A stretch of DNA of 64,000 nucleotides. Source: Dicyema japonicum (taxonomy: Eukaryota; Animalia; Dicyemida). The notes under the pieces are model-generated. The model was not told the DNA's origin. It did not search any database and saw only the letters and a list, made by a program, of their open reading frames with translations. A program made the translations under genes and the position numbers. The stretch spans positions 887,345-951,344 of the forward strand of contig RDEW01000018.1 in the NCBI GenBank assembly GCA_011109175.1, written 5' to 3'. Of the stretch, positions 37,052 to 49,746 are shown in pieces (positions within the stretch are counted from its first letter, which is position 1; every line of letters starts with the position of its first letter).

Positions 37052-37960
37052 ATGCAACGAAATGTACAATCAATAAAACTTTATTCGAGTTGCATGCATC
37101 GTTGTGATTGTAGTGGTCGAAATACAAGACTCACTATCGAACAAAAAATGCAAATATTGCGTTATAATGACGACAACAACATATTATAATGCAAAGAATT
37201 GCTGATAAAATTCCTTTTTTAAAACTGAAAAATTGCAGAAAGACTGTTAACTTATCTAAATATGTCGCGAGTCAAATTTGAAACAATTCAAAACTAAAAA
37301 CTCTTCAACAAAAACAGTCAAAAATTTAAAAGTTTCCGCAACTGATGAAAAGCTCGTTAAGTGAATGGATTTGATAGATTCAAAAGGTTTACTTAATGTT
37401 TTTAAATTTTAAAGTGCATTATTGCCATGTAAAACAGAATTCTTTGTTAAGCTCTTTCTCTAGACTATTTCAAAAAATCATGGATTATAATCCATATTTA
37501 AGAAAATGGATTAATTTTAGATTAGGAAATTACACGGACAAATGTGTACACACAATAATGTCGACATTGAAAGGTTTTTCAAAGAATTTAAAGAGGTTTC
37601 AAAATCATATACCTGCATCAGATTTATTACCTGGATAAAACTGGTCTTTTTACAAGCTTTTTCCATCAAGAAGTAGTATTCGCAAGACTCCATTTGGAGG
37701 ATAAAAGAAATTAAAAGATAGAGTATCTGTGAAGTCATTCACAAATATTTTTGGAAATCATAAAATAATGGCGTTTATTCATTGGAAAATCAAAATGTAA
37801 AATGTTTCAGAAAATATGATCATCGGTATTCTGTTTCATCTTATAATGCCAAAGATCGTCTACTTTATTTTACGACGTATTATTCTTTAGTCTAGTCTCA
37901 TACCAGGCACAGAGACATCGATTCTGAGTTTCAAAAGTCAATAGGTTTGTTAGATGAAAA
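37052..37960 (+). mobile_element. 5' half of pogo/Tigger transposase in every array subunit (also 39171-40110 and all repeats)
   Basis: RLTIEQKMQILRY (HTH psq), KFPQLDEKLVEW (CENP-B HTH), IYNLD.TG, KDRVSVMLCTNMLGNHKLK (DDE_1 start); many stops and frameshifts. Confidence 0.8.
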
Positions 37961-38985
37961 GGCCTAATAATATTAACACCAGAGACTACGGTTAATCAAA
38001 CTAACTATTCACGTTATATCAGCACGCACTAGCATAGATCTCATCTTGGCCCGATGCTCTTTCCTCGACCCTAAACAACCACGTGTTGGTCGATTGACAT
38101 AAGGCAGCTTATATCAGATGCAGCAAGGGATGGTATTCTATCAAATTAGAGCAAAAGTAAAAGTCTTTAATTATCATTTAATAATCATGAAAATTAGCAG
38201 TCAATATTAAATTAATAATATTCCCAAATTTTAAGCCACATCACCCTTTAATATCAGGTCGATCACCTTTAGGCTTTTTATGCGTTTTTTACGATTTGAA
38301 TTTATTTTGGGTTCTGCTGAATTCTTATCAAAGTCAAGGAAGGAAACTAGTTTAAAACATTCGGTTAATTTTCCGTTGTAGATCTCCTACCATAGTAAGT
38401 AGGAAAACCTCAGGAACTTCCAAACATTTCGATACCTGTTCTAGCTCACTAGTTACACGGTATTGAGTTTCACTTTTTTTAGGAATCTTTAATATCTCAA
38501 TATTCAGAGTGTTAAAATTATCTACGTAATTCTCTACCCTATCAGTCATACTACTATTACTCACATCCGCCATACTACTTATTTGTTATTCAAGTGCTTC
38601 CAGCTCTGTCTGTCTCCATGCATTCATGGCTAAGATCTGCTCCCTCCATTTACGTGGAGGTCTGTTCTAGTACGTCAACTCAACGTAGGTGATCTGTTTT
38701 GGATACATCACATTGGAGATGTGACCAGATGATTTTACTGGCTAGTTTTGCCGGACTGACTATGCCACTGCCTAGCTTCGCCAAGTATAGCCAGCTATTC
38801 AAGAGCATCCAGGATAGCATGCTACTTGGGTATAGTTATATATTGTGCTAAAGATAGCTCTTGCCCAAATCGAGATCGATTTAATGGGAGTGGTACCAGT
38901 ATAAACGAATAAGATGTTCGAGTAAGCGAAGACTATAAGTAGAAAGTTTTTTCTATTTTTTGAAAAAATTTAAACATCAAAAAAA

Positions 38986-39061
38986 TGGTCCCCGACCGGA
39001 TTCGAACCGGCAACATAGTGACTTTGAAACCACTGCTCTAAACATTGGAGCTACGAGGACC
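38986..39061 (-). tRNA. tRNA-like gene copy 2
   Basis: Sequence ggtcctcgtagctccaatgtttagagcagtggtttcaaagtcactatgttgccggttcgaatccggtcggggacca. Confidence 0.6.
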
Positions 39062-42000
39062 ATTTCTATTGTTCTATATTCCTATTAGCCTCTGCATCTC
39101 AATATCCTTGGTATGATCTCCCTTTTTCCAATCCTGGATCCCCAATTAACGAAACAGTAGTACAATAATCATGCAACGAAATGTACAATCAATAAAACTT
39201 TATTCGAGTTGCATGCATCGTTGTGATTGTAGTGGTCGAAATACAAGACTTACTATTGAACAAAAAATGCAAATATTGCGTTATAATGACGGCAACAACA
39301 TATTATAATGCCAAAGAATTGCTGATAAATTTTCCTTTTTCTAAAGTGAACATTTGCCGGAAAACAGTTATCCTTATCTTAATATATCGAGAGTCAATTT
39401 TAAAACAATTCAAATCTAAAAACTTTTCAACAAAAACAGTCAAAAAGTAAAAGTTTCCCCAACTTGATGAAAAGCTTGTTGAGTGGATGGATTTGATGGA
39501 ATCAAAAAGCTTTCTTAAAGTTTTTTTAATTTTAAAGTGCATTAGTGCTATGTAAGGCAGAATATCCATTAAGATAAAATTCTTCGCTAAGAAACGATCT
39601 CTTGACTATTTCAAAAACTCTTATGGAGTTGTATAAAAATTTAAAATAAGAAATTAAATTCGGATTAGGGAATTACATGGACAAATGTGCACACACAAAA
39701 GCGTCGACATTGAAGGGTTTTTCAGATTTTCAAGAGGTTTCAAAATCATATACCTGCGATCAGATTTATAACTGGAAGAAAATGGGATTTTTAAAAGCTT
39801 ATTCCATCCAGAAGTATCTGCAAGAATCCATTCGGAGGATAAAAGAAATTCAAAGATAGAGTATCTGTGATGTTATGCACAAATATGTTAGGAAATCATA
39901 AATTAAAGCTCACTATTCATTGGAAAATCAAAAAAGTGCAAAGTGTTTCAAAAAATATTATTATCGGTGTTCTGTTTCGTATTACAGTGCCAAAGAGCGT
40001 CTACTTAATTTTACAGAGACATATTCTAAAGTCTACTGTCATAAGTGTCTCAGAGATATCGGTTCAGTGTTCTCCACAAATCAAAAGCTCCGTTACACTG
40101 AAAGCCTAATAATTTTAACACCAGAGACCATGGTTACACAAACTAACTTATCACGTGATTCCAGCACGCACAAGCATGGACCTCAATTTGTCACGATGCT
40201 CCTCCCTCGACCCCACACAAGCACGTATCGGTCGATTCACCTATGGTAGTTTACATCAAATGCAGCAAGGGAGGGTTTTCTAGCAATTTAAATCAATAGT
40301 AAAAGTCTTTAATTATCATTTAATTATCATGAAAATTAGCAGTCAATATTAAATTAATAAAAACATTCAAATCCTAAGCCACATCACCCTTTAATAATCA
40401 GGTCGATGCACTTTAGGCATACTTATGCGTTTTTACGTGTTGACTTTATTTTAGGTTCTGCTGAAATCCTATCCAAGACAAGGAAATCAAGCTCGTTTAA
40501 AACATTCGGTTGATTTTCCGTTTAGATCCTAACCATAGTAGACTCGAAAACCTCAGGAACTTCCACAACTTTCGATGCCTGTACTGGCTCATTTGTACAA
40601 CGGTATTGATTTTCACATTTTTCTTAGGAATCTTTAATTTATCCAAATTCAGACCATCAAAATTATCCACGTCATCCTCAGGTTTGCCAATTTCACTAAA
40701 TGGGTAAATAATCAAATAAATAGTTTATTCGGCTGAGTTAGTAGAATTTTGTCATCTTCAATCGGAATAGAAACTTGGGAGCAATTTTTCTCAATTCCAA
40801 CGTTCAGTCTTTTACCCCATTTGTTTACTAATCCACTTGTCTAAAACGTGTCTAAATAGCAGGAATCAGCTACCCATAGGAATCGGTATTTTCGTTTGAA
40901 CTTGATTAATCAGTGAATTCAACTCAGATCAGATATAGGTTCATAACATGCAGTTACTTCCTCCTATTTGAACAAATCACGTCAAAAACAATTTCCAAAC
41001 GGCTTCCAAGAAACAGCTCAATGGAAACATAATCGAAGGGAAGTAGATACTTCCTCCTCTTACTTCTAGTAACATAGAGGACAGGAAAGCGTCCATACTT
41101 CTTATCACTTCAACCACCAGACGGTCATAGTAAATACCTGCTTCAATAATGTGGTAATCCACTGTATGAACAGTGTGCACAAACCTAGTCACTATTTAAT
41201 GTCAGAGAAATTCACGAATCACATAAAGAAGTAGAAATAAATGGCACGCAGGAGAAAAAAACTGGGAGACTACAAGAGTTGGCGTTCTTCTAAATGACCA
41301 CCTGTAGGTTTTAATAGTTCTTATGAATGGGATCTGTCTCCTATGAAAATAACTTAGATTGAAAAATTAGTACAGGATTTCACGCAGTGAGAAATTTAGA
41401 GTAAGAACCAAGAAACTCCTGATCAATACGAAAAAATTAATAATTGACAGATTCACTTATCAAAAAAGTCTAATCAATCATCTTGATTTATTACATTCTA
41501 TAGTAAATTTTATTATAAAAGAATTTTTCCAATTTTTTATTAAGCTTTTTAAGAAAATCCTCATTTTTGGGGAAAACCTCAAAATTAGGGAATTTTACTT
41601 TATTTCGGGGTCGGACTTGAACATTTATGTTAAACCGTAGATGAGAAATTATTGACTCGACTATGAATAATGAGATTACTCGAAGACATATGAAATATCA
41701 ACAACCTATCGAATGTCAAGTCCATTTTACAAACAAAAAGTAGCGTGTTAAAATTATATACGTAATTCTCTACCCTATCAGTCATACTACTTCTACCCCA
41801 TCCGCCATACTACTTATTTGTTATTACAGTGCTTCATGCTCTGTCTGTCTCCATGCAATCATGGCAAAGAGCTGCTCCCTCCAATTACGTGGTGGTCTGT
41901 TCTAGTACGTCAACTCAACGTAGGTGATCTGTTCTGGATACATCACATTATAGATGTGACCAGATAATTTTACTGGCAGTTTTGCTGGACAGATTATGCC

Positions 42001-42218
42001 ACTGCAGAGCTCCTCCAATTATGGCCAGCCATTCAAGAGCATCCAGGATAGCATGCTACTTGGGTATAGTTATATATTGTGCTAAAAATAGCTCTTGCCC
42101 AAAGCGAGATCGATTTAATGGGAGTGGTACCAGTATAAACGAATAAGATGTTCGAGTAAGCGAGAACTATAAGTAGAAAGTTTTTTCTATTTTTTGAAAA
42201 ATTTAAACATCAAAAAAA

Positions 42219-42294
42219 TGGTCCCCGACCGGATTCGAACCGGCAACATAGTGACTTTGAAACCACTGCTCTAAACATTGGAGCTACGAGGACC
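42219..42294 (-). tRNA. tRNA-like gene copy 3
   Basis: Identical to copy 2. Confidence 0.6.
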
Positions 42295-44322
42295 ATTTCT
42301 ATTGTTCTATTTTCCTATTAGCCTCTGCATCTCAATATCCTTGGTATGATCTCCCTTTTTCCAATCCTGGATCCCCAATTAACGAAACAGTAGTACAATA
42401 ATCATGCAACGAAATGTACAATCAATAAAACTTTATTCAAGTTGCATGCATCGTTGTGATTATAGTGGTCGAAATACAAGACTCACTATCGAACAAAAAA
42501 TGCAAATATTGCGTTATAATGACGACAACAACATATTATAATGCAAAGAATTGCTGATAAATTTTCTTTTTTCAAAACCGAAAATTTGCAGAAAGACTGT
42601 TAACTTATCTTAATATGTCGCGAGTCAAATTTGAAACAATTCAAAACTAAAAACTCTTCAACAAAAACGTCAAAAATTAAAAAGTTTCCGCAACATGATG
42701 AAAAGCTTGTCAAGTGAATGGATTTGATAGATTCAAAAGGTTTACTTAATGTTTTTAAATTTTAAAGTGCATTATTGCCATGTAAAACAGAATTCTTTGT
42801 TAAGCTCTTTCTCTAGACTATTTCAAAAAATCATGGATCATAATCCATATTTAAGAAAATGGATTAATTTTAGATTAGGAAATTACACGGACAAATGTGT
42901 AAACACAATAATGTCGACATTGAAAGGTTTTTCAAAAAATTTAAAGAGGTTTCAAAATCATATACCTGCATCAGATTTATTACCTGGATAAAACTGGGCT
43001 TTTTACAAGCTTTTTCCATCAAGAAGTAGTATTCGCAAGACTCCATTTGGAGGATAAAAGAAATTCAAAGATAGAGTATCTGTGAAGTCATTCACAAATA
43101 TTTGTGGAAATCATAAAATAATGGCGTTTATTCATTGGAAAATCAAAATGTAAATGTTTCAGAAAATATGATCATCGGTATTCTGTTTCGTCTTATAATG
43201 CCAAAGATCGTCTACTTTATTTTACGACGTATTATTCTTTAGTCTAGTCTCATACCAGGCACAGAGACATCGATTCTGAGTTTCAAAAGTCAATAGGTTT
43301 GTTAGATGAAAAGGCCTAATAATATTAACACCAGAGACTACGGTTAATCAAACTAACTATTCACGTTATATCAGCACGCACTAGCATAGATCTCATCTTG
43401 GCCCGATGCTCTTTCCTCAACCCTAAACAACCACGTGTTGGTCGATTGACATAAGGCAGCTTATATCAGATGCAGCAAGGGATGGTATTCTATCAAATTA
43501 GAGCAAAAGTAAAAGTCTTTAATTATCATTTAATAATCATGAAAATTAGCAGTCAATATTCCCAAATTTTAAGCCACATCACCCTTTAATATCAGTTCGA
43601 TCACCTTTAGGCTTTTTATGCGTTTTTTACCATTTGAATTTATTTTGGGTTCTGCTGAATTCTTATCAAAGTCAAGGAAGGAAACTAGTTTAAAACATTC
43701 GGTTAATTTTCCGTTGTAGATCTCCTACCATAGTAAGTAGGAAAACCTCAGGAACTTCCAAACATTTCGATACCTGTTCTAGCTCACTAGTTACACGGTA
43801 TTGAGTTTCACTTTTTTTAGGAATCTTTAATATCTCAATATTCAGAGTGTTAAAATTATCTACGTAATTCTCTACCCTATCAGTCATACTACTATTACCC
43901 CATCCGCCATACTACTTATTTGTTATTCCAGTGCTTCCAGCTCTGTCTGTCTCCATGCATTCATGGCTAAGATCTGCTCCCTCCATTTACGTGGAGGTCT
44001 GTTCTAGTACGTCAACTCAACGTAGGTGATCTGTTTTGGATACATCACATTGGAGATGTGACCAGATGATTTTACTGGCTAGTTTTGCCGGACTGACTAT
44101 GCCACTGCCTAGCTTCGCCAAGTATAGCCAGCTATTCAAGAGCATCCAGGATAGCATGCTACTTGGGTATAGTTATATATTGTGCTAAAGATAGCTCTTG
44201 CCCAAAGCGAGATCGATTTTCTGGGAGAGGTACCAGTATAAACGAATAAGATGTTCGAGTAAGCGAAGACTATAAGAAGAAAGTTTTTTCTATTTTTTGA
44301 AAAAATTTAAACATCAAAAAAA

Positions 44323-44398
44323 TGGTCCCCGACCGGATTCGAACCGGCAACATAGTGACTTTGAAACCACTGCTCTAAACATTGGAGCTACGAGGACC
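44323..44398 (-). tRNA. tRNA-like gene copy 4
   Basis: Identical to copy 2. Confidence 0.6.
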
Positions 44399-47300
44399 AT
44401 TTCTATTGTTCTATATTCCTATTAGCCTCTGCATCTCAATATCCTTGGTATGATCTCCCTTTTTCCAATCCTGGATCCCCAATTAACGAAACAGTAGTAC
44501 AATAATCATGCAACGAAATGTACAATCAATAAAACTTTATTCGAGTTGCATGCATCGTTGTGATTGTAGTGGTCGAAATACAAGACTCACTATCGAACAA
44601 AAAATGCAAATATTGCGTTATAATGACGACAACAACATATTATAATGCCAAAGAATTGCTGATAAATTTTCCTTTTTCTAAAGTGAACATTTGCCTGAAA
44701 ACAGTTAACCTTATCTTAATATATCGAGAGTCAATTTTAAAACAATTCAAATCTAAAAACTTTTCAACAAAAACAGTCAAAAAGTAAAAGTTTCCCCAAC
44801 TTGATGAAAAGCTTGTTGAGTGGATGGATTTGATGGAATCAAAAAGCTTTCTTAAAGTTTTTTTAATTTTAAAGTGCATTAGTGCTATGTAAGGCAGAAT
44901 ATCCATTAAGATAAAATTCTTCGCTAAGAAACGATCTCTTGACTATTTCAAAAACTCTTATGGAGTTGTATAAAAATTTAAAATAAGAAATTAAATTCGG
45001 ATTAGGAAATTACATGGACAAATGTGCACACACAAAAGCGTCGACATTGAAGGGTTTTTCAGATTTTCAAGAGGTTTCAAAATCATATACCTGCGATCAG
45101 ATTTATAACTGGAAGAAAATGGGATTTTTAAAAGCTTATTCCATCCAGAAGTATCTGCAAGAATCCATTCGGAGGATAAAAGAAATTCAAAGATAGAGTA
45201 TCTGTGATGTTATGCACAAATATGTTAGGAAATCATAAATTAAAGCTCACTATTCATTGGAAAATCAAAAAAGTGCAAAGTGTTTCAAAAAATATTATTA
45301 TCGGTGTTCTGTTTCGTATTACAGTGCCAAAGAGCGTCTACTTAATTTTACAGAGACATATTCTAAAGTCTACTGTCATAAGTGTCTCAGAGATATCGGT
45401 TCAGTGTTCTCCACAAATCAAAAGCTCCGTTACACTGAAAGCCTAATAATTTTAACACCAGAGACCATGGTTACACAAACTAACTTATCACGTGATTCCA
45501 GCACGCACAAGCATGGACCTCAATTTGTCACGATGCTCCTCCCTCGACCCCACACAAGCACGTATCGGTCGATTCACCTATGGTAGTTTACATCAAATGC
45601 AGCAAGGGAGGGTTTTCTAGCAATTTAAATCAATAGTAAAAGTCTTTAATTATCATTTAATTATCATGAAAATTAGCAGTCAATATTAAATTAATAAAAA
45701 CATTCAAATCCTAAGCCACATCACCCTTTAATAATCAGGTCGATGCACTTTAGGCATACTTATGCGTTTTTACGTGTTGACTTTATTTTAGGTTCTGCTG
45801 AAATCCTATCCAAGACAAGGAAATCAAGCTCGTTTAAAACATTCGGTTGATTTTCCGGTTAGATCCTAACCATAGTAGACTCGAAAACCTCAGGAACTTC
45901 CACAACTTTCGATGCCTGTACTGGCTCATTTGTACAACGGTATTGATTTTCACATTTTTCTTAGGAATCTTTAATTTATCCAAATTCAGACCATCAAAAT
46001 TATCCACGTCATCCTCAGGTTTGCCAATTTCACTAAATGGGTAAATAATCAAATAAATAGTTTATTCGGCTGAGTTGGTAGAATTTTGTTATCTTCAATC
46101 GGAATAGAAACTTGGGAGCAAATTTGCTCAATTCCAACGTTCAGTCTTTTACCCCATTTGTTTACTAATCCACTTGTCTAAATCGAGTCTAAATAGCAGG
46201 AATCAGCTACCCATAGGAATCGGTATTTTCGTTTGAACTTGATTAATCAGTGAATTCAACTCAGATCAGATATAGGTTCATAACATGCAGTGACTTCCTC
46301 CTCTTTGAACAAATCACGTCAAAAACAATTTCCAAACGGCTTCCAAGAAACAGCTCAATGGAAACATAATCGAAAGGAGGAAGGGAAGTAGATGCTTCCT
46401 CCTTTACTTTTAGTAACATAGAGGACAGGAAAGCGTCCATACTTGCTTATCACTTCAACCACCAGACGGTCATAGTAAATACCTGCTTCAATAATGTGGT
46501 AATCCACTGTATGAACAGTGTGCACAAACTGAGTCACTATTTAATGTCAGAGAAATTCACGAATCACATAAAGAAGTAGAAATAAATGGCACGCAGGAGA
46601 AAAAAAATGGGAGACTACAGGAGTTGGCGTTCTTCTAAATGACCACCTGTAGGTTTTAATAGTTCTTATGAATGGGATCTGTCTCCTATGAAAATAACTT
46701 AGATTGAGAAATTAGTACAGGATTTCACGCAGTGTGAAATTTAGAGTAAGAACCAAGAAACTCCTGATCAATACGAAAAAATTAATAATTGACAGATTCA
46801 CTTATCAAAAAAGTCTAATCAATCATCTTGATTTATTACATTCTATAGTAACTTTTATTATAAAAGAATTTTTCCAATTTTTTATTAAGCTTTTTAAGAA
46901 AATTTGCATTTTTCGGGAAAACCTCAAAATTAGGGAATTTTCCTTTATATCGGGGTCGGACTTGAACATTTATGTTGAACCGTAGACGAGAAATTATTGA
47001 CTCGACTATGAATGATGAGGTTACTCGAAGACATATGAAATATCAACAACCTATCGAATGTCAAGTCCATTTTACAAACAAAAAGTAGCGTGTTAAAATT
47101 ATATACGTAATTCTCTACCCTATCAGTCATACTACTTTTACCCCATCCGCCATACTACTTATTTGTTATTACAGTGCTTCATGCTCTGTCTGTCTCCATG
47201 CAATCATGGCAAAGAGCTGCTCCCTCCATTACGTGGTGGTCTGTTCTAGTACGTCAACTCAACGTAGGTGATCTGTTCTGGATACATCACATTATAGATG

Positions 47301-47562
47301 TGACCAGATAATTTTACTGGCAGTTTTGCTGGACAGATTATGCCACTGCAGAGCTCCGCCAATTATGGCCAGCCATTCAAGAGCATCCAGGATAGCATGC
47401 TACTTGGGTATAGTTATATATTGTGCTAAAGATAGCTCTTGCCCAAAGCGAGATCGATTTAATGGGAGTGGTACCAGTATAAACGAATAAGATGTTCGAG
47501 TAAACGAGAACTATAAGTAGAAAGTTTTTTCTATTTTTTGAAAAATTTAAACATCAAAAAAA

Positions 47563-47638
47563 TGGTCCCCGACCGGATTCGAACCGGCAACATAGTGACT
47601 TTGAAACCACTGCTCTAAACATTGGAGCTACGAGGACC
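47563..47638 (-). tRNA. tRNA-like gene copy 5
   Basis: Identical to copy 2. Confidence 0.6.
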
Positions 47639-49670
47639 ATTTCTATTGTTCTATTTTTCCTATTAGCCTCTGCATCTCAATATCCTTGGTATGATCTCCC
47701 TTTTTCCAATCCTGGATCCCCAATTAACGAAACAGTAGTACAATAATCATGCAACGAAATGTACAATCAATAAAACTTTATTCAAGTTGCATGCATCGTT
47801 GTGATTATAGTGGTCGAAATACAAGACTCACTTTCGAACAAAAAATGCAAATATTGCGTTATAATGACGACAACAACATATTATAATGCAAAGAATTGCT
47901 GATAAATTTTCTTTTTTAAAACTGAAAAATTGCAGAAAGACTGTTAACTTATCTAAATATGTCGCGAGTCAAATTTGAAACAATTCAAAACTAAAAACTC
48001 TTCAACAAAAACAGTCAAAAATTAAAAGTTTCCGTAACTGATGAAAAGCTCGTTAAGTGAATGAATTTGATAGATTCAAAAGGTTTACTTAATGTTTTTA
48101 AATTTTAAAGTGCATTATTGCCATGTAAAACAGAATTCTTTGTTAAGCTCTTTCTCTAGACTATTTCAAAAAATCATGGATCATAATCCATATTTAAGAA
48201 AATGGATTAATTTTAGATTAGGAAATTACACGGACAAATGTGTACACACAATAATGTCGACATTGAAAGGTTTTTCAAAAAATTTAAAGAGGTTTCAAAA
48301 TCATATACCTGCATCAGATTTATTACCTGGATAAAACTGGGCTTTTTACAAGCTTTTTCCATCAAGAAGTAGTATTCGCAAGACTCCATTTGGAGGATAA
48401 AAGAAATTCAAAGATAGAGTATCTGTGAAGTCATTCACAAATATTTTGGAAATCATAAAATAATGGCGTTTATTCATTGGAAAATCAAAATATAAGATGT
48501 TTCAAAAAATATGATCATCGGTATTCTGTTTCGTCTTATAATGCCAAAGATCGTCTACTTTATTTTACGACGTATTATTCTTTAGTCTAGTCTCATACCA
48601 GGCACAGAGACATCGATTCTGAGTTTCAAAAGTCAATAGCTTTGTTAGATGAAAAGGCCTAATAATATTAACACCAGAGACTACGGTTAATCAAACTAAC
48701 TATTCACGTTATATCAGCACGCACTAGCATAGATCTCATCTTGGCCCGATGCTCTTTCCTCGACCCTAAACAACCACGTGTTGGTCGATTGACATAAGGC
48801 AGCTTATATCAGATGCAGCAAGGGATGGTATTCTATCAAATTAGAGCAAAAGTAAAAGTCTTTAATTATCATTTAATAATCATGAAAATTAGCAGTCAAT
48901 ATTAAATTCCCAAATTTTAAGCCACATCACCCTTTAATATCAGGTCGATCACCTTTAGGCTTTTTATGCGTTTTTTACGATTTGAATTTATTTTGGGTTC
49001 TGCTGAATTCTTATCAAAGTAAAGGAAGGAAACTAGTTTAAAACATTCGGTTAATTTTCCGTTGTAGATCTCCTACCATAGTAAGTAGGAAAACCTCAGG
49101 AACTTCCAAACATTTCGATACCTGTTCTAGCTCACTAGTTACACGGTATTGAGTTTCACTTTTTTTAGGAATCTTTAATATCTCAATATTCAGAGTGTTA
49201 AAATTATCTACGTAATTCTCTACCCTATCAGTCATACTACTATTACTCCATCCGCCATACTACTTATTTGTTATTCCAGTGCTTCCAGCTCTGTCTGTCT
49301 CCATGCATTCATGGCTAAGATCTGCTCCCTCCATTTACGTGGAGGTATGTTCTAGTACGTCAACTCAACGTAGGTGATCTGTTTTGGATACATCACATTG
49401 GAGATGTGACCAGATGATTTTACTGGCTAGTTTTGCCGGACTGACTATGCCACTGCCTAGCTTCGCCAAGTATAGCCAGCTATTCAAGAGCATCCAGGAT
49501 AGCATGCTACTTGGGTATAGTTATATATTGTACTAAAGATAGCTCTTGCCCAAATCGAGATCGATTTTCTGGGAGTGGTACCAGTATAAACGAATAAGAT
49601 GTTCGAGTAAGCGAAGACTATAAGTAGAAAGTTTTTTCTATTTTTTGAAAAAATTTAAACATCAAAAAAA

Positions 49671-49746
49671 TGGTCCCCGACCGGATTCGAACCGGCAACA
49701 TAGTGACTTTGAAACCACTGCTCTAAACATTGGAGCTACGAGGACC
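49671..49746 (-). tRNA. tRNA-like gene copy 6
   Basis: Identical to copy 2. Confidence 0.6.

Noticed and set aside
38986-39061. Calling the array gene tRNA-Sec, tRNA-His or tRNA-Leu(CAA)
   Set aside because: It has no long variable arm or extended D stem (Sec) and no GUG anticodon (His), and the CAA register leaves the anticodon stem unpaired.
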